Origin: an uncultured Chloroflexia bacterium
Lineage (GTDB): Bacteria; Chloroflexota; Limnocylindria; Limnocylindrales; CSP1-4
Assembly (NCBI GenBank): GCA_963712745.1
Contig: CAVQJC010000008.1
Location: forward strand, 35,968 to 99,967
Direction: 5' to 3'
Length of the DNA: 64,000 nucleotides
Below the pieces are notes generated by a model. It was given only the letters and a program-made list of their open reading frames with translations, had not been told where the DNA came from and made no database searches. A program made the translations under genes and the position numbers. Within the stretch, counting starts at the first letter, position 1, and each line of letters opens with the position of its first letter. Positions 62,227 through 64,000 of the stretch are shown one piece after another.

Positions 62227-62265
62227 GCTCCCGAAGCGTGTGCGCTACCGCTGCGCGACACCCCG
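62227..62265 (-). other. tRNA-Pro(CGG) 5' half ending 2 nt after the anticodon loop
   Basis: CGGGGTG-TC-GCGC-AGCGGTA-GCGC-A-CACGC-TTCGGGA-GC then CTTTCA instead of the GTG needed to close the stem; no T arm. Confidence 0.8.
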
Positions 62266-62404
62266 ACGGTGTCGTGCGTGACTAGGAGCCGCGAAGCCCT
62301 ACTGCCCTCACGCGCGAACACGTCCGCAGTGTGTCGACGTCTGTCGTCCGGAGTGACTGCTACCCTCGCCGGACACACCGACCGAACCGCTAGAGGCCCG
62401 AACC

Positions 62405-63721
62405 ATGTCCCGCCGTGCCGTCGCCGTGACCGCCTGTCTTCTCGTAGCCCTCGGGAGCACGGGCGCCGTCGCCCAGGATGAAGCCGCCCCGCTCACCATC
62501 GACACCCTCTGCGGCGAGGCCGCTCTCGAGCCGATGACGGCCGAGGTCACCCTCGACGCCGATCAGGCAACCACCCTCGACGCGGTGCTGCGTGCCTTCG
62601 TGACGGAGGTCGAGGACCCCGACCTGTTGGCGAACTTCGAGGGGGTGCAGCCGGCACCGGGGGCCGTCCTGTCGGTCGAGACCCCGGACGGTCGCTACTT
62701 CCGCTCGATCGGCGTGGCCGACGTGGAGAGCTGCGCGCCACTCGAGCCGACCTCACCCTTCGCCATCGGCAGCCACACCAAGATGTTCATCGCCGCGGTG
62801 ATCTACCAGCTGCAGGAGGAGGGCGTGCTCTCGACCTCCGACCTGGTCCGCGACTATCTCCCCGATGAGATCGCGCTGTTCCCGCGCCAGGCGGATGCGA
62901 CCATCGATCAGCTGCTGACCCACACGTCCGGTCTGCCGGACTGGGAGAAGTCCGAGAACCCGGAGGCGCTGGGCCCGCGCATCTACAGCGGCGACCCCGA
63001 GGCGCTCGCGATGGCGGTGACGCCCGCGGAGTCCATCGCCATGACCGCGGAGCTGAAGGACGATCCGGACCAGCCCACGTTCGGCCCCGGCGACCAGGGT
63101 CCCTTCGACTGGAGCTACGCGAACATCGGCTTCGAGATGCTCGGCCTCATCATCGAGCAGGTCACCGGACAGCCCTGGCAGGAGGCCGTCCGCGAGCGCA
63201 TCTTCGAACCCCTGGGCATGGACGACACGGTCCTCGTCGAGGGCGTCCCGGGCCCCGAGCTGGGACTGCCGTCCGGCTACCTCGGCGCGCCCTTCGCCGA
63301 GGACACGAACGGCTGGAACTACTCCCAGGGCGGCGCCGCCGGCAATGGCGTCTCGACCGTCGATGACATGGCCACGTTCGTGAAGGCCTACTACTCCGGC
63401 GAGCTGTTCGATGACGCGCAGACGCTCGACGCGGTGCTGCAGCCGGCTGCGCCGTGGTACGTGCAGTGGGTCGACGGCTTCCAGTATCTCCACGCCGGCT
63501 TCGACAAGCACGGCTTCAAGGGACACGGCGGCGGGACGCCAGGCTTCGTCAGCGATGCCGCCTACAACCCCGATCTGGACACCACGACGGTGGCCTGGGT
63601 CAACTCCAAGGAGGGCATGGGCGAAGGCGTGATCGCCGCCGGGAATGCACTGGGCCTGATCCCGAGCATGGCCGACACCATCGGGCTGATCGCGCAGAAG
63701 ATGGCCGAGGCGGCCGAGTAG
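62405..63721 (+). CDS. Secreted serine hydrolase (beta-lactamase family)
   Basis: FAIGSHTKMF (SxxK), LLTHTSGL, WSYANIGF, GHGGGTPGF. Confidence 0.9.
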   Translation: MSRRAVAVTACLLVALGSTGAVAQDEAAPLTIDTLCGEAALEPMTAEVTLDADQATTLDAVLRAFVTEVEDPDLLANFEGVQPAPGAVLSVETPDGRYFRSIGVADVESCAPLEPTSPFAIGSHTKMFIAAVIYQLQEEGVLSTSDLVRDYLPDEIALFPRQADATIDQLLTHTSGLPDWEKSENPEALGPRIYSGDPEALAMAVTPAESIAMTAELKDDPDQPTFGPGDQGPFDWSYANIGFEMLGLIIEQVTGQPWQEAVRERIFEPLGMDDTVLVEGVPGPELGLPSGYLGAPFAEDTNGWNYSQGGAAGNGVSTVDDMATFVKAYYSGELFDDAQTLDAVLQPAAPWYVQWVDGFQYLHAGFDKHGFKGHGGGTPGFVSDAAYNPDLDTTTVAWVNSKEGMGEGVIAAGNALGLIPSMADTIGLIAQKMAEAAE

Positions 63722-64000
63722 CCAGAGGCGGGATCGGCGCCAGCGTCGATCCCGGCTACCGCTGCCCAGCGGCAAGCGGAGGCCGCTGCTGTCCGGCGTG
63801 CTTCGCCGCGTACGAGACTGGCGTGACGATCGGCGGCAAACGATGAGCCAGGCACGTGAGTGCTGGCGGTGCTACCACTGCCAGCACTCCGGTTGGACCC
63901 GTTCGAACGCAACAGCTGACCAGCCCGGTCACCGATGCCCATCAGCTCCTTGGGCGTGTCCGACAGGTCCGCGTGGGAACCGATAGCGCGGGGGCGACGT

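Overview
Very GC-rich bacterial DNA; gene content suggests Chloroflexota or Actinomycetota (inference only). Positions 1-8.5 kb are a patchwork of intact genes, gene relics and two short tandem repeats. Positions 8.6-31 kb look like ordinary chromosome: Pat-type acetyltransferase, a peptidase/TldDE/asparaginase/amidohydrolase operon, and a galK-deoR-galT-glpD-glpK run. From about 31 kb onward the window is a genomic island. Its main structure is four co-oriented, indel-free 133-bp junctions at 37166, 45354, 50755 and 58070. Each consists of the 5' half of tRNA-Val(GAC) ending 2 nt after the anticodon loop, a terminator-like hairpin and a GGCTGAAC direct-repeat pair, and each is preceded by a promoter-like sequence. 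The junctions delimit 5-8 kb cargo modules with no recognisable integrase: sugar ABC transporter plus DhaKL; two-component system plus cupredoxin; TAXI receptor plus sulfatase and anSME. Two tRNA-Pro 5' halves (one with the same breakpoint), a degenerate tRNA-Thr 3' half, IS21/IS630 relics, a YefM-YoeB pair and an IS110 element with a candidate bridge-RNA region also lie in the island. Best interpretation: an array of cargo cassettes stacked at a tRNA-Val gene by repeated site-specific integration, resembling tycheposon islands or an integron. The intact tRNA and the integrase are predicted to lie outside the window.
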